This document shows, piece after piece, positions 9,152 to 18,286 of a stretch of 62,421 nt of DNA. A program made the position numbers and the translations under genes. Under the pieces are notes generated by a model. The model made no database searches, was not told the DNA's origin, and was given only the letters and a program-made list of their open reading frames with translations. Source of the DNA: an uncultured Gammaproteobacteria bacterium (GTDB lineage Bacteria; Patescibacteriota; Patescibacteriia; UBA9570; JBBTWU01); the NCBI GenBank assembly GCA_964364425.1, contig CAYIMB010000001.1, positions 72,941-135,361 of the forward strand. The letters are read 5' to 3'. How positions within the stretch are numbered: the first letter of the stretch is position 1; each line of letters starts with the position of its first letter.

Positions 9152-10264
9152 ATGAGTAGATTGGGTATTCAAGTTCGTGACTGGATGTGGCGCTTGAAAC
9201 AGAATCAACGAGCTCAAATTGTTGGAGTAGTTGTGATCTTGGTGGTTTTAGGGAGTGCTGTCGGAACAGCCTTGGCTTTTTGGTTTACACAACGACCCGT
9301 TTCATCTGTTTCCAGTAGTGTAAACTGGAACCAGAATACGCATACATCTGCTGGACCGCGTCGCTTGCTTGACGGGGTGTTTGTGGATTCAGAGCAGGCC
9401 GCAGCGGTTCTACCGGTGTCTATCATGATTGAAAATCTTTCTACCGTTCGGCCGCAACATGGCTTAGGTCAAGCGAGTGTGGTGTATGAAGCCTTGACCG
9501 AAGGTGGGATCACCCGCTTCATGGCAGTCTACGCCGGTGCAGGAGAGATGAGCTCCATGGGTCCCGTACGCAGCAGTCGTGAGTATTTTGTGGATTGGGC
9601 GGATGAATACGGAGGGGTCTACGTACATGTGGGAGGAAGTCCGGCTGCTCTGGAGCATTTATCCACTGACCAAAAGATAGTCGATTTGAATCAGATTGGC
9701 GGGGATCAAATTTATTTTTGGCGCGACTCTGCCGTAGCAGCTCCGCACAATTTATTTACATCTAGTGAAAAGATGGCCTTTGCCATGCGCGACTATTTGG
9801 GCGAACAACCCGTGGCCAGTGTTGAGCCATGGGTATTTAAAGCTGATGCCAAGAAAGAAGACCGCCCGAGCGGTGATCATCATGTGCAAATCGATTTTTC
9901 CAGTGACAGCTACGCCGTGGATTGGAAATATGAACGGAAAACAAATACCTACGTGAGATCAAATGGGGGAGAAGAGCAAATTGATCAATTGACCAACCAA
10001 CCGCTCAGAGCGCATACTGTGGTGGTCCAATTTGTGTCTACTTCTTTGGTTGATCAAGCAACCGGTAGGCTAGAGATGCAGACGGTAGGCACAGGACAGG
10101 CGGCGGTATTTCTGGATGGACAACGGATTGACGGAACTTGGAAAAAGGTAGATGACTCAGCTCGTACCAGGTTTTATACCAACCAAGGAGCAGAGGTTCC
10201 ATTTAACGCCGGCACGATTTGGATAGAAGTAGTGCCTGATGATAGAGAAATAATTTCAACCTAA
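9152..10264 (+). CDS. DUF3048-family (YerB-like) membrane-anchored protein, copy 1
   Basis: 370 aa with an N-terminal TM. Core PVSIMIENLSTVRPQHGLGQASVVYEALTEGGITRFMAVY and ...APHNLFTSS, as I recall for DUF3048. Confidence 0.8.
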   Translation: MSRLGIQVRDWMWRLKQNQRAQIVGVVVILVVLGSAVGTALAFWFTQRPVSSVSSSVNWNQNTHTSAGPRRLLDGVFVDSEQAAAVLPVSIMIENLSTVRPQHGLGQASVVYEALTEGGITRFMAVYAGAGEMSSMGPVRSSREYFVDWADEYGGVYVHVGGSPAALEHLSTDQKIVDLNQIGGDQIYFWRDSAVAAPHNLFTSSEKMAFAMRDYLGEQPVASVEPWVFKADAKKEDRPSGDHHVQIDFSSDSYAVDWKYERKTNTYVRSNGGEEQIDQLTNQPLRAHTVVVQFVSTSLVDQATGRLEMQTVGTGQAAVFLDGQRIDGTWKKVDDSARTRFYTNQGAEVPFNAGTIWIEVVPDDREIIST

Positions 10265-10268
10265 TACT

Positions 10269-11387
10269 ATGATCAACTTCGCCAATTATTTACCTAAAGA
10301 TCAAACGAAGCGAATGTACACTGTGATAGGCATTGTGGTGGGGTGTGTATTGATTTTAGGTTTAATTGGTTGGGGGATATGGTATGCCGTTAAGCACAAG
10401 GGTCAAGTGACGGCCAGCATCACTAACCAGCTGCTTGAGGTCATCCCAGAAAATGGAGCTACAGCTGAAGAATCCAGTGTGGCCGCCCGTCACTTGGACG
10501 GAATGCTGGTTTCTACGGATGAAGCTAACACCTGGCCGGTGTGTTTGATGGTTGAAAATGCGGCTTTTGACGGTGTAAGGCCGCAGTCCGGATTGAGCCA
10601 AGCTTCTGTGGTGTATGAAGTGATTGTTGAGGGTGGGATCACTCGTTTGCTGGCTGTGTACGGAGGAGAAGCTGTGACTAAAATTGGGCCGGTCAGGTCA
10701 GCCCGGGATACGTATATTGAGTTTGTGTCCGAAATGGATTGTTTGTATGGCTATGCCGGAGGTAGTTTTACCGCCGCTCAAGCCACCCAAAGTTTGGCTC
10801 TGAAGACTTTAAATGCCCTATCCTCTGATGGTAGGTTCTTTTGGAGGGATAAAAATATTTTTGCTCCTCACAACTTATTTACCTCTTCAGATTTGATTAC
10901 TTTAGCTCTTAGGGACAAACAGCTGGATACACGTGAACCAAGCTATGAGACGTGGACGTTCCGTGATCAGCCTGAGGAAGGTTCACCTGAAGCCCGTCAG
11001 GCTACACTTATTACGCTTGATTTTTCTACCCCCGCCTACCAGGTACGTTGGGAGTATAAGGAGGAGGCAGGTTATTATGAACGGTATAACGGTGGTGTAT
11101 TGCATACAGATAAAGAAAACGGACAAGCGTTAACTACCCGTAATATAATTGTACAGATGGTTCCGCCCGGTGAATACATTGAAGGCAAGGGCCGTATCAA
11201 CTTTTCAGTCACCGGCGAAGGCAAGGTCTTAGTCTTCCGGAGCGGTGAGGTGGTTGAAGGAACCTGGAAAAAAGCTGATCGAGTTTCCCGGACACAGTTT
11301 TTTGATGCAGCGGGTCAACCAATTGAATTAAATCGTGGTAATACTTGGGTTGAGATTTTGCCCACAGATCGGAGCGTGACTTACTAA
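10269..11387 (+). CDS. DUF3048-family membrane-anchored protein, copy 2 (tandem paralog)
   Basis: 372 aa with the same architecture: PVCLMVENAAFDGVRPQSGLSQASVVYEVIVEGGITRLLAVY and ...APHNLFTSS. Starts 4 nt after copy 1. Confidence 0.8.
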   Translation: MINFANYLPKDQTKRMYTVIGIVVGCVLILGLIGWGIWYAVKHKGQVTASITNQLLEVIPENGATAEESSVAARHLDGMLVSTDEANTWPVCLMVENAAFDGVRPQSGLSQASVVYEVIVEGGITRLLAVYGGEAVTKIGPVRSARDTYIEFVSEMDCLYGYAGGSFTAAQATQSLALKTLNALSSDGRFFWRDKNIFAPHNLFTSSDLITLALRDKQLDTREPSYETWTFRDQPEEGSPEARQATLITLDFSTPAYQVRWEYKEEAGYYERYNGGVLHTDKENGQALTTRNIIVQMVPPGEYIEGKGRINFSVTGEGKVLVFRSGEVVEGTWKKADRVSRTQFFDAAGQPIELNRGNTWVEILPTDRSVTY

Positions 11388-11389
11388 AT

Positions 11390-12481
11390 ATGAGAAAGTT
11401 TTTTGCCACCATCTGCGCCATTCTGTTTATTCTCCTGGCCCCTCTCACCGTAGTGGCCAGTGTGGTGCAAGTCAAATTTTTTACTCCTCAGGGAGTGAAG
11501 TTGTTGCTCAGGGCCGGTCAGATAGGTGAGTATCTTCCCCAATTACTAAGCTCTGCTTTTACTAACCTATCACAAGAAGAATTTAGTCAAGAAGAGGTTG
11601 ATCCATTTGCTCAATTTGGCGGTCAAGCGGTGTTTGAGGATGCATTGGGTAAAGTGTTGCCCCCGGAAGATGTGTACGCAATTTTGGATCAGGCAGTTGA
11701 GACTATCTTTACCTGGTGGAAAACAGATCAGCCAATCCAAGACCTTCCCTTGGTGATTGATTTATCTAGACCAAAACAACGTCTCGCCCCAATTGTGTTG
11801 GAGTCGGTTAAACAGTACATAGACAGCTTGCCTACATGTACAGCTGATCAATTGAGGGAAGTGCAAGGTTCTTCTGATTTACCAGACGTGTTTAGTTTGG
11901 CCTGTGCGCCTGAAGGATTCACCCTAGATTCTTTTGCTGAGGCCGGTATTTCAGAAGAAGCCTTATCCGGAATTTTACTGGCTTCAGTTCCGGATCAATT
12001 TAATGTTCAGGAATTTTTGCAACAAATGCAACAATCAGATCCTCAACAGTTGGTTGAAATGAATCAACAGGTAGAATCAGTCAGGCATTGGTTACGGATT
12101 GCTTATACCGTTTTGCGCGTGTTGCAAATCAGCTTGCTGGTGTGCTTCCTCTTAGTTGGTTTGCTGCGTCTCACCCCGGTCAGAGCATTATTTGCTTGGG
12201 TAGGATGGATTTTATTTTTGCCTGGACTTGAACTTTTGGGATTATCATTCATGAACAGTTTTGTTCCCGGACTGGTAGAGAAAAATTTATTGGCTTCAAA
12301 TCCGGACTCAGTTCAGATTGTGCCTATTTTGCAAATGACCTCAGCGGTCACTCAATCTCTGTCTCGGCCCATTCTTTGGGTTGGTTTGGGTATGACGGTA
12401 GCTGGGTTGGTAAGCATTATTGTAGGCAAGATCTTCAAACGGCAAAGTCATACCACTGCTTCAACTCAAACCAAAAGGTGA
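11390..12481 (+). CDS. hypothetical polytopic membrane protein
   Basis: 363 aa with an N-terminal TM, a large acidic loop and C-terminal TMs. Starts 2 nt after the previous gene. Confidence 0.6.
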   Translation: MRKFFATICAILFILLAPLTVVASVVQVKFFTPQGVKLLLRAGQIGEYLPQLLSSAFTNLSQEEFSQEEVDPFAQFGGQAVFEDALGKVLPPEDVYAILDQAVETIFTWWKTDQPIQDLPLVIDLSRPKQRLAPIVLESVKQYIDSLPTCTADQLREVQGSSDLPDVFSLACAPEGFTLDSFAEAGISEEALSGILLASVPDQFNVQEFLQQMQQSDPQQLVEMNQQVESVRHWLRIAYTVLRVLQISLLVCFLLVGLLRLTPVRALFAWVGWILFLPGLELLGLSFMNSFVPGLVEKNLLASNPDSVQIVPILQMTSAVTQSLSRPILWVGLGMTVAGLVSIIVGKIFKRQSHTTASTQTKR

Positions 12482-12552
12482 GTCCAGATAGCTAGCGGGA
12501 AATTTGAATTCTTGCTATACTCCTCACATTAAACCATTGAGCGGAGGGCACT

Positions 12553-13518
12553 ATGGCAACACTTCAGTCAACAAAATTAAAAACGACCCAAAGTCGAAAG
12601 AAATGGCCGTGGGTTGTGCTTGGTTTGGTTCTTCTTTTACCGGCCGGGTTCATGGTCCTAGTGGGTATTGCGGTCATGACCAACCTAAGTAGTGATGATA
12701 GCGGATCTTACTACACCGGTTCCGCCGGATCTTCATATAGCTTAGGCGCATCAAGTGTTGAGGATAGCTCCGTCAAATCAGCTGCTGGTGAATTTTTTGA
12801 AGTCACTACAGATAGCGGAACCACCGTTCAAATTGAACAGAAGGTGGTTAAGACGGGTGAGCTGGGTGTAGTAGTGAATTCCACTGTAGATGGAGTGAAA
12901 TTTGTGACTGAGTTGGCAGAACAAAGGGGCGGGTTTGTAGTCTCTTCAGAAACATACATAGGAACAGACGAATCTTTAGTTGGCTCTATTACTATTCGGA
13001 TTCCGGTAGATCAATTTGAAGAAACTTTAACTCAAATCAAACAACAGGTAGAGTTGGTTGAAACAGAAAACATTTCTGGAGTGGATGTTACTGAGGAGTA
13101 TATAGATTTACAATCACGCTTAAAGAACGCCCAAGCGCTTGAAGTGAGTTACGTAAGTCTATTGGAACGGTCTGGTTCAATTGATGATTTGGTTAAAGTC
13201 ACTAAGCAGTTGGGCGAAGTCAGAGAACAGATAGAATTACTCCAGGGCCAGATCCGGTACATAGACTCCAGGACAGATTTTTCTACCATTACGGTTGACC
13301 TGCGCGAACGACCAAGTATTGTGCCGTCAGTGACCGAACGATTTGACATTTTGCTGGTGTTCCAAGAAGCGTTTCAAGCCCTGGTCCTGTTAGGCCGTGG
13401 ACTCTTGGTTATGCTGATCTGGCTAGTCGTCTTAGGTGGGCCAATCTTTATCTTGTTTTGGATTATCTGGAGGATCTCTCGACGCAAGATTCGCCATGGC
13501 AAAAAGCCAGCCAAGTAA
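12553..13518 (+). CDS. DUF4349-like membrane-anchored coiled-coil protein
   Basis: 321 aa with TMs at both N- and C-termini. Segment VTEEYIDLQSRLKNAQALEVSYVSLLERSGSIDDLVKVTKQLGEVREQIELLQGQIRYIDSRTDFSTITVDL resembles DUF4349. Canonical GGAGG lies 5 nt before the ATG. Confidence 0.7.
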   Translation: MATLQSTKLKTTQSRKKWPWVVLGLVLLLPAGFMVLVGIAVMTNLSSDDSGSYYTGSAGSSYSLGASSVEDSSVKSAAGEFFEVTTDSGTTVQIEQKVVKTGELGVVVNSTVDGVKFVTELAEQRGGFVVSSETYIGTDESLVGSITIRIPVDQFEETLTQIKQQVELVETENISGVDVTEEYIDLQSRLKNAQALEVSYVSLLERSGSIDDLVKVTKQLGEVREQIELLQGQIRYIDSRTDFSTITVDLRERPSIVPSVTERFDILLVFQEAFQALVLLGRGLLVMLIWLVVLGGPIFILFWIIWRISRRKIRHGKKPAK

Positions 13519-14698
13519 CGGCAAGAGGGCGCTTCCGTTTTTACGCGCCACCGCCTTAGTGGTCGGCACCGCCATAGGTGCCGGCATCTTTGGTTTACCT
13601 TACGTCTTTTCTCAGTCAGGAGCCAGCGTAGGTGTGGGTCATTTAGTGATTATTTTTCTAACCGTCTTAATGACTATGCTGGCTTTTGGTGAAGTGGCCA
13701 GCCACACTCCGGGACGTCACCAAATCACCGGGTATACCAAGATATATCTGGGGCGCGCTTGGGAAATTATTGCTTTGGTTTCACTGGTGTTGGGTGTGTA
13801 TGGCGCCCTGATTGCGTATATTCTTGGTGTGGGGACATTTGTGCATGCCTTGAGTGTCCCATACTTTGGTGGAATTCCTTTAGCCTATAGTCTCATCTTT
13901 TGGATGATTGTGTCTTCTATTCTGTTTTTTGGGTTGCGTCGCGTAGCCAAGGCAGAAAGTGTTTTGGTGGTCCTGTTGCTCCTGGTAGTTGTGACCATTT
14001 TGCTGTTGTCCACTCCCCATATAGATATTCAGAACTTGCTGTTTGTTCCGGAAATTTCCTTGCAACCTACTTCCTGGGTTCCCTTCATCCTTCCGTTTGG
14101 AGTGGTTCTGTTTGCTTTTGGTGCTTCCACTGCCGTACCTGAAACGGTTGAATATTTACGTGAATCTCAGGAACTGCGTTGGACGCGCCGGTCTATTATT
14201 CTTGGGATGACTGTCCCGGCTGTGGTGTACCTGGTATTTGTGCTGGCAATGGTAGGGGTCACGGGAGCTGAGACATCTGAGAGCGCTATTGTGGGTTTAG
14301 GCCAGGCACTGGGGACACCAGTGCTGATTGTAGGCTCTATTTTGGGAACTCTCACCATGACCACCAGCTTTCTGGCCTTGGGCGTGGCTTTGTTGGATGT
14401 GTTTCGGTATGATTTTAAATTATCTCATCTGTTGTCCTGGACGGCCGTGATTATTCCGCCTGTGGTGATTGTCCTGGCCCAAGTTGGTTCCTTCATAGAT
14501 TTTATTGGTCTAGCGGGGAGCCTGGTGGGTGGAATTGACGGGATTATTATCCTTCTGATGTACCTCAAACTCCGCCAAAAAAACATCAAAAAGGCCGGTT
14601 TTTTGCATATTCCACCTCCTCTTGTCGCTCTGGGGATGATCGTGTACGCTCTGGGAATCTTAAGTGAAGTGTACACCCTAGCGTTCAAGTGGTTTTGA
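13496..14698 (+). CDS. amino-acid permease (APC / aromatic amino-acid permease-like)
   Basis: The track ORF opens at GTG 13436; the first ATG at 13496 gives MAKSQPSNGKRALPFLRATALVVGTAIGAGIFGLPYVF. About 11 TMs. Confidence 0.75.
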   Translation: MAKSQPSNGKRALPFLRATALVVGTAIGAGIFGLPYVFSQSGASVGVGHLVIIFLTVLMTMLAFGEVASHTPGRHQITGYTKIYLGRAWEIIALVSLVLGVYGALIAYILGVGTFVHALSVPYFGGIPLAYSLIFWMIVSSILFFGLRRVAKAESVLVVLLLLVVVTILLLSTPHIDIQNLLFVPEISLQPTSWVPFILPFGVVLFAFGASTAVPETVEYLRESQELRWTRRSIILGMTVPAVVYLVFVLAMVGVTGAETSESAIVGLGQALGTPVLIVGSILGTLTMTTSFLALGVALLDVFRYDFKLSHLLSWTAVIIPPVVIVLAQVGSFIDFIGLAGSLVGGIDGIIILLMYLKLRQKNIKKAGFLHIPPPLVALGMIVYALGILSEVYTLAFKWF

Positions 14699-14702
14699 AT
14701 TC

Positions 14703-16193
14703 ATGAGCCCAAGAACTACGTATCGTTTGCTGGAGATGATCCCTGGGTTAATCAACTGGACTACCTTGATTTTAGCTGTGGTTTTGAGCGTGATTAAACC
14801 GTTGTGGATGGTGTATTTCATAGTGGCCTTTGATTTTTATTGGATGGTCAAGGTGTTGTATTTTACTATCTACTTGATGATTGCTTATGGTCGGTTTCGC
14901 CAGGCAGTCAAAGTGAATTGGTTGGATAAAGCTCAGAATTCATCTCGATTTGCAGATATAGTTCACCTCATCATCATCCCCAATGCCAATGAAGGGGTTG
15001 AAGTTTTACGCACCACGTTTAGTTGTTTAACCAAATCTTATTACCCCACACAGAAAATGATTGTGGTGTTGGCCACGGAAGAGCGTACAAAAGACGTAGG
15101 AGAAGGGAACGGTCGCATGATTCAACAAGAATTTGGCCATCAATTTCTGCGTCTGTTGGTGACTCAGCACCCTAAAGATATACCTGGCGAGATAGCCGGA
15201 AAAGGAGCTAACTTAACTTGGGCAGCTCAACAAGCCAAACCTTTGATTGAAGATCTCATAATAGCTCCTGAAAACATAGTAGTCTCTACGTTTGATGCTG
15301 ATACCTGTGTGCATCCGGCTTACTTTGCTTATCTCACCCACACGTTTTTGACGGTACCAAATCCTCTGCGTACCAGCTACCAACCTATTCCCTTATTTAA
15401 TAATAATATTTGGGATGCACCGGCAGTCATGCGCGTGGCTGCCAGGGGAACGACCTTTTGGCTCATGTCAGAATTAATGCGTCCGGAACGTCTGTGGACC
15501 TTTAGCTCGCATTCCATGAGCTATAAGGCCTTACTAGACGTAGGGTATTGGCAGACTGATGTAGTCAGTGATGATTCTCGTATCTTTTTACAGTGTTTTT
15601 TAGAATACGACGGAGACTATACAGTTCATCCTATGTACATTCCGCTCAACATGGATACGGTGGTGGGCAAAGACTGGCGTTCCAGTTTGAAAAACTTATA
15701 TAAACAACAACGTCGCTGGGCTTATGGAGCGGAAAATATTCCGTTCATGATCTGGCAGTTTGCAAAAGCCAAGAAAATTCCTTTAGCGGCTAGGCTTCGT
15801 CTGACATTTAATCAACTGGAAGGGATGTGGTCCTGGGCCACCAACCCATTACTCATTTTGATTTTAGGTTATATCCCGTTCTACTTTTTATCAGATGCGT
15901 CTCAACTGTTTATTTTACCTCAAAATACACCAAGTATTCTGCGTAATATGCTCACTATTTCTAATCTTGGTCTGATTACCTCGCTGGTCTTGGGTATGAT
16001 TTTACTGCCTTCACGACCAGCTCATGTACCAAAATGGAAAATGTTCTCCATGGTGCTTCAATGGATATTTCTTCCAATCAGCATGATTGCGTTTGGCTCT
16101 ATTCCGGCGTTAGAAGCACATACTCGGTTGATGTTGGGCAAGTACCTTGGATTTTATGTTACAGAAAAAGCCAGGAAGGAATCTAATGAGTAA
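14703..16193 (+). CDS. membrane-embedded family-2 glycosyltransferase (processive synthase-like)
   Basis: 496 aa with N- and C-terminal TMs flanking a GT-A domain. Carries STFDADTCV (DxD) and QQRRWAYG (QxxRW). Confidence 0.8.
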   Translation: MSPRTTYRLLEMIPGLINWTTLILAVVLSVIKPLWMVYFIVAFDFYWMVKVLYFTIYLMIAYGRFRQAVKVNWLDKAQNSSRFADIVHLIIIPNANEGVEVLRTTFSCLTKSYYPTQKMIVVLATEERTKDVGEGNGRMIQQEFGHQFLRLLVTQHPKDIPGEIAGKGANLTWAAQQAKPLIEDLIIAPENIVVSTFDADTCVHPAYFAYLTHTFLTVPNPLRTSYQPIPLFNNNIWDAPAVMRVAARGTTFWLMSELMRPERLWTFSSHSMSYKALLDVGYWQTDVVSDDSRIFLQCFLEYDGDYTVHPMYIPLNMDTVVGKDWRSSLKNLYKQQRRWAYGAENIPFMIWQFAKAKKIPLAARLRLTFNQLEGMWSWATNPLLILILGYIPFYFLSDASQLFILPQNTPSILRNMLTISNLGLITSLVLGMILLPSRPAHVPKWKMFSMVLQWIFLPISMIAFGSIPALEAHTRLMLGKYLGFYVTEKARKESNE

Positions 16194-16905
16194 GCAACCT
16201 TTTGTCTCAGTTGTTGTGCCGGCCCATAATGAAGAGGGGAGACTTGGCATGACCTTAGATTTACTCAAACGCCAGACGTACCCACGGGATAAGTTTGAAA
16301 TTATTGTGGTGGATAATAACAGCACTGACCGCACAGCTGAAGTGGCCCGGGCCGCTGGAGCACGGGTGATCACTGAACCACACCCCGGAGTAGCTTGGGC
16401 CAGAGAAGCCGGATGGAAAGTAGCCACTGGGGAAATCGTTTTATCCACTGACGCAGATGTTCAACCACCGGAAAACTGGATGGAACAGGTGGTACATAAG
16501 TTTTCCACTCACCCGGAATTGGTTGGTCTCACCGGAGGTTTGCGTTTTTTTGATAAGCCGCGGTGGTTTAACTGGTGCGCGGTCGTGCTAAACCCATTTC
16601 TAGTGTACTTAGGTTTTTTTATGTCCAGGGGTGTATATAATTTTACCGGAAATAATATGGCGGCAAGGAAATGGGTGTATGAAAAAGTTGGTGGGTTTAA
16701 TACCCAGCTCCATTTTGGAGAAGACATGGATTTAGCCAGACGGATCAAAAAATTTGGGAAAATTAAATTTTTTCCAGGACTGGTCATGTGGTGCTCCGGT
16801 CGTCGGTATACGTTTGATCTGGCCTTTTGGCGCTACTTTGTGAATTACCTTTGGACCAGTTTGTTTGCCCGTCCGCGTTTCAACGAATTACCTAAAATAA
16901 AATAA
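16186..16905 (+). CDS. family-2 glycosyltransferase
   Basis: ATG 16186 gives MSKQPFVSVVVPAHNEE..VVDNNSTDRT..STDADV. 8-nt overlap with the previous gene. Confidence 0.85.
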   Translation: MSKQPFVSVVVPAHNEEGRLGMTLDLLKRQTYPRDKFEIIVVDNNSTDRTAEVARAAGARVITEPHPGVAWAREAGWKVATGEIVLSTDADVQPPENWMEQVVHKFSTHPELVGLTGGLRFFDKPRWFNWCAVVLNPFLVYLGFFMSRGVYNFTGNNMAARKWVYEKVGGFNTQLHFGEDMDLARRIKKFGKIKFFPGLVMWCSGRRYTFDLAFWRYFVNYLWTSLFARPRFNELPKIK

Positions 16906-16910
16906 CAAGA

Positions 16911-17792
16911 CTACTCGGCCCAGGTGACCCAAGGAGGAGCAGGCCAATTTGGATTTCCTCGCCTAAACGCGGCGCCGCTCATGCTGGACTTTCCTTCAGG
17001 TTGAATTTTTTTTATTATCAAATACTGGCCTTGAAGGTCACACTCAATTAACTTAAGACGTGTTCCCTCGCTCAACACGGTTACTCCCGGAAAAGGGTGG
17101 AACGCTCTCCACATACGGTCAATTTTTTCTGCACCGGCCTCCCAGCTGACCTCCCCATGCGTTCTATCCAAGAGTGTTGTTTTGCTGCCTTCGCCTGACT
17201 GTGGGGTGGGGGAGATGGTACCGTTCAGATATCCTTCCAAGGCCTGAATCAGGAGTGTCGCACCCAGTTCTTTCAGTTGATCATGTAACCAACGGTAGGT
17301 TGCCCGCGCAGGTAGATTTATTTTCTCTTGCAATAAGATGGGTCCGGTATCCATTCCCGCATCCATGAGCATAATGGTCACTCCGGTTTCATGCAGACCG
17401 TTGAGGATGGCAAAAGGAATAGGTGTTGCCCCTCTGAGTTCCGGTAAGAGGGACGGGTGGATATTTACAAATCCCTTAGGTGGAACCTTAAGCAAGCTCT
17501 CAGGGAAGATTTTGCCGTAGGCTACCACCACACATATATCCGGTTTTTGGTCTTTGAGCCAAGTTTCAAATTCAAGAGTTCTGATTTTTTGCGGCTGAAT
17601 CACATTCAAATGATGCTCCTCAGCCCAGACTTTTACTGGCGGAGGAGTCATGAGTTGTTTGCGGCCGACCGGTCTGTCCGGCTGGGTTACCACTGCAAGA
17701 ATGAGTACGCCGGATTCAACTAAGGCTTGCAAGGCAGGAATGGCTAAGTCCGGGGTACCAAAAAAGACCACGCGAGTTTGTTTAGATAGCAT
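16911..17792 (-). CDS. fmt: methionyl-tRNA formyltransferase
   Basis: 293 aa with VVFFGTPDLAIPAL and HPSLLPELRGATPI motifs. Sits downstream of def. Confidence 0.93.
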   Translation of the reverse strand: MLSKQTRVVFFGTPDLAIPALQALVESGVLILAVVTQPDRPVGRKQLMTPPPVKVWAEEHHLNVIQPQKIRTLEFETWLKDQKPDICVVVAYGKIFPESLLKVPPKGFVNIHPSLLPELRGATPIPFAILNGLHETGVTIMLMDAGMDTGPILLQEKINLPARATYRWLHDQLKELGATLLIQALEGYLNGTISPTPQSGEGSKTTLLDRTHGEVSWEAGAEKIDRMWRAFHPFPGVTVLSEGTRLKLIECDLQGQYLIIKKIQPEGKSSMSGAAFRRGNPNWPAPPWVTWAE

Positions 17793-18267
17793 ATTCAGTG
17801 GTGGTGCTTTGTAAACGCTCAGCTTTATCTACAAAGACAATTCCTTTGAGATGATCCACTTCGTGTTGGAGAACGTGCGCCAGCAAGCCCTTGGCTTTAA
17901 TATCCAGCTTTTTCCCGTGCCGGTCATAGGCTTTAACTCGCACTCGCTCAGCTCTTTGGACCCAACCAAATATCCCAGGCACGGATAAACAGCCCTCTTC
18001 AAACCATTTGGTTTTTTTAGCCTCATTCAAGCTGGGGTTAATAATAGCCACATCTTCAGTTCCTCCCCAGGCCTCATGATTAATAATGGCTATGCTCATA
18101 CTTTGACCAACCTGGTTGGCGGCAATGCCAATTCCATTGCGTTTGTGCATGGTCTCAATCATGCTATTAATTACAGGCTGAAGCTTGGGTAGCTCCTTCA
18201 AATCTACTGGCGTAGTCGGTTGGTGCAATACGGCTTCGCCTTTAAATGTGATAGGTAAAATACTCAT
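17782..18267 (-). CDS. def: peptide deformylase
   Basis: EGCLSVPG and QHEVDHLKG metal-binding motifs. The track ORF opens at TTG 18294; ATG 18267 (MSILPITFKGEAVL) matches the usual Def N-terminus. Confidence 0.93.
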   Translation of the reverse strand: MSILPITFKGEAVLHQPTTPVDLKELPKLQPVINSMIETMHKRNGIGIAANQVGQSMSIAIINHEAWGGTEDVAIINPSLNEAKKTKWFEEGCLSVPGIFGWVQRAERVRVKAYDRHGKKLDIKAKGLLAHVLQHEVDHLKGIVFVDKAERLQSTTTEYAI

Positions 18268-18286
18268 AGGCCAGAGTCTAGTCAGT

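Noticed and set aside
16905-16911. Convergent GT2 and fmt genes separated by only 5 bp with no terminator
   Set aside because: The arrangement is real, but it is unremarkable in a compact genome and no structure or motif sits at the junction.
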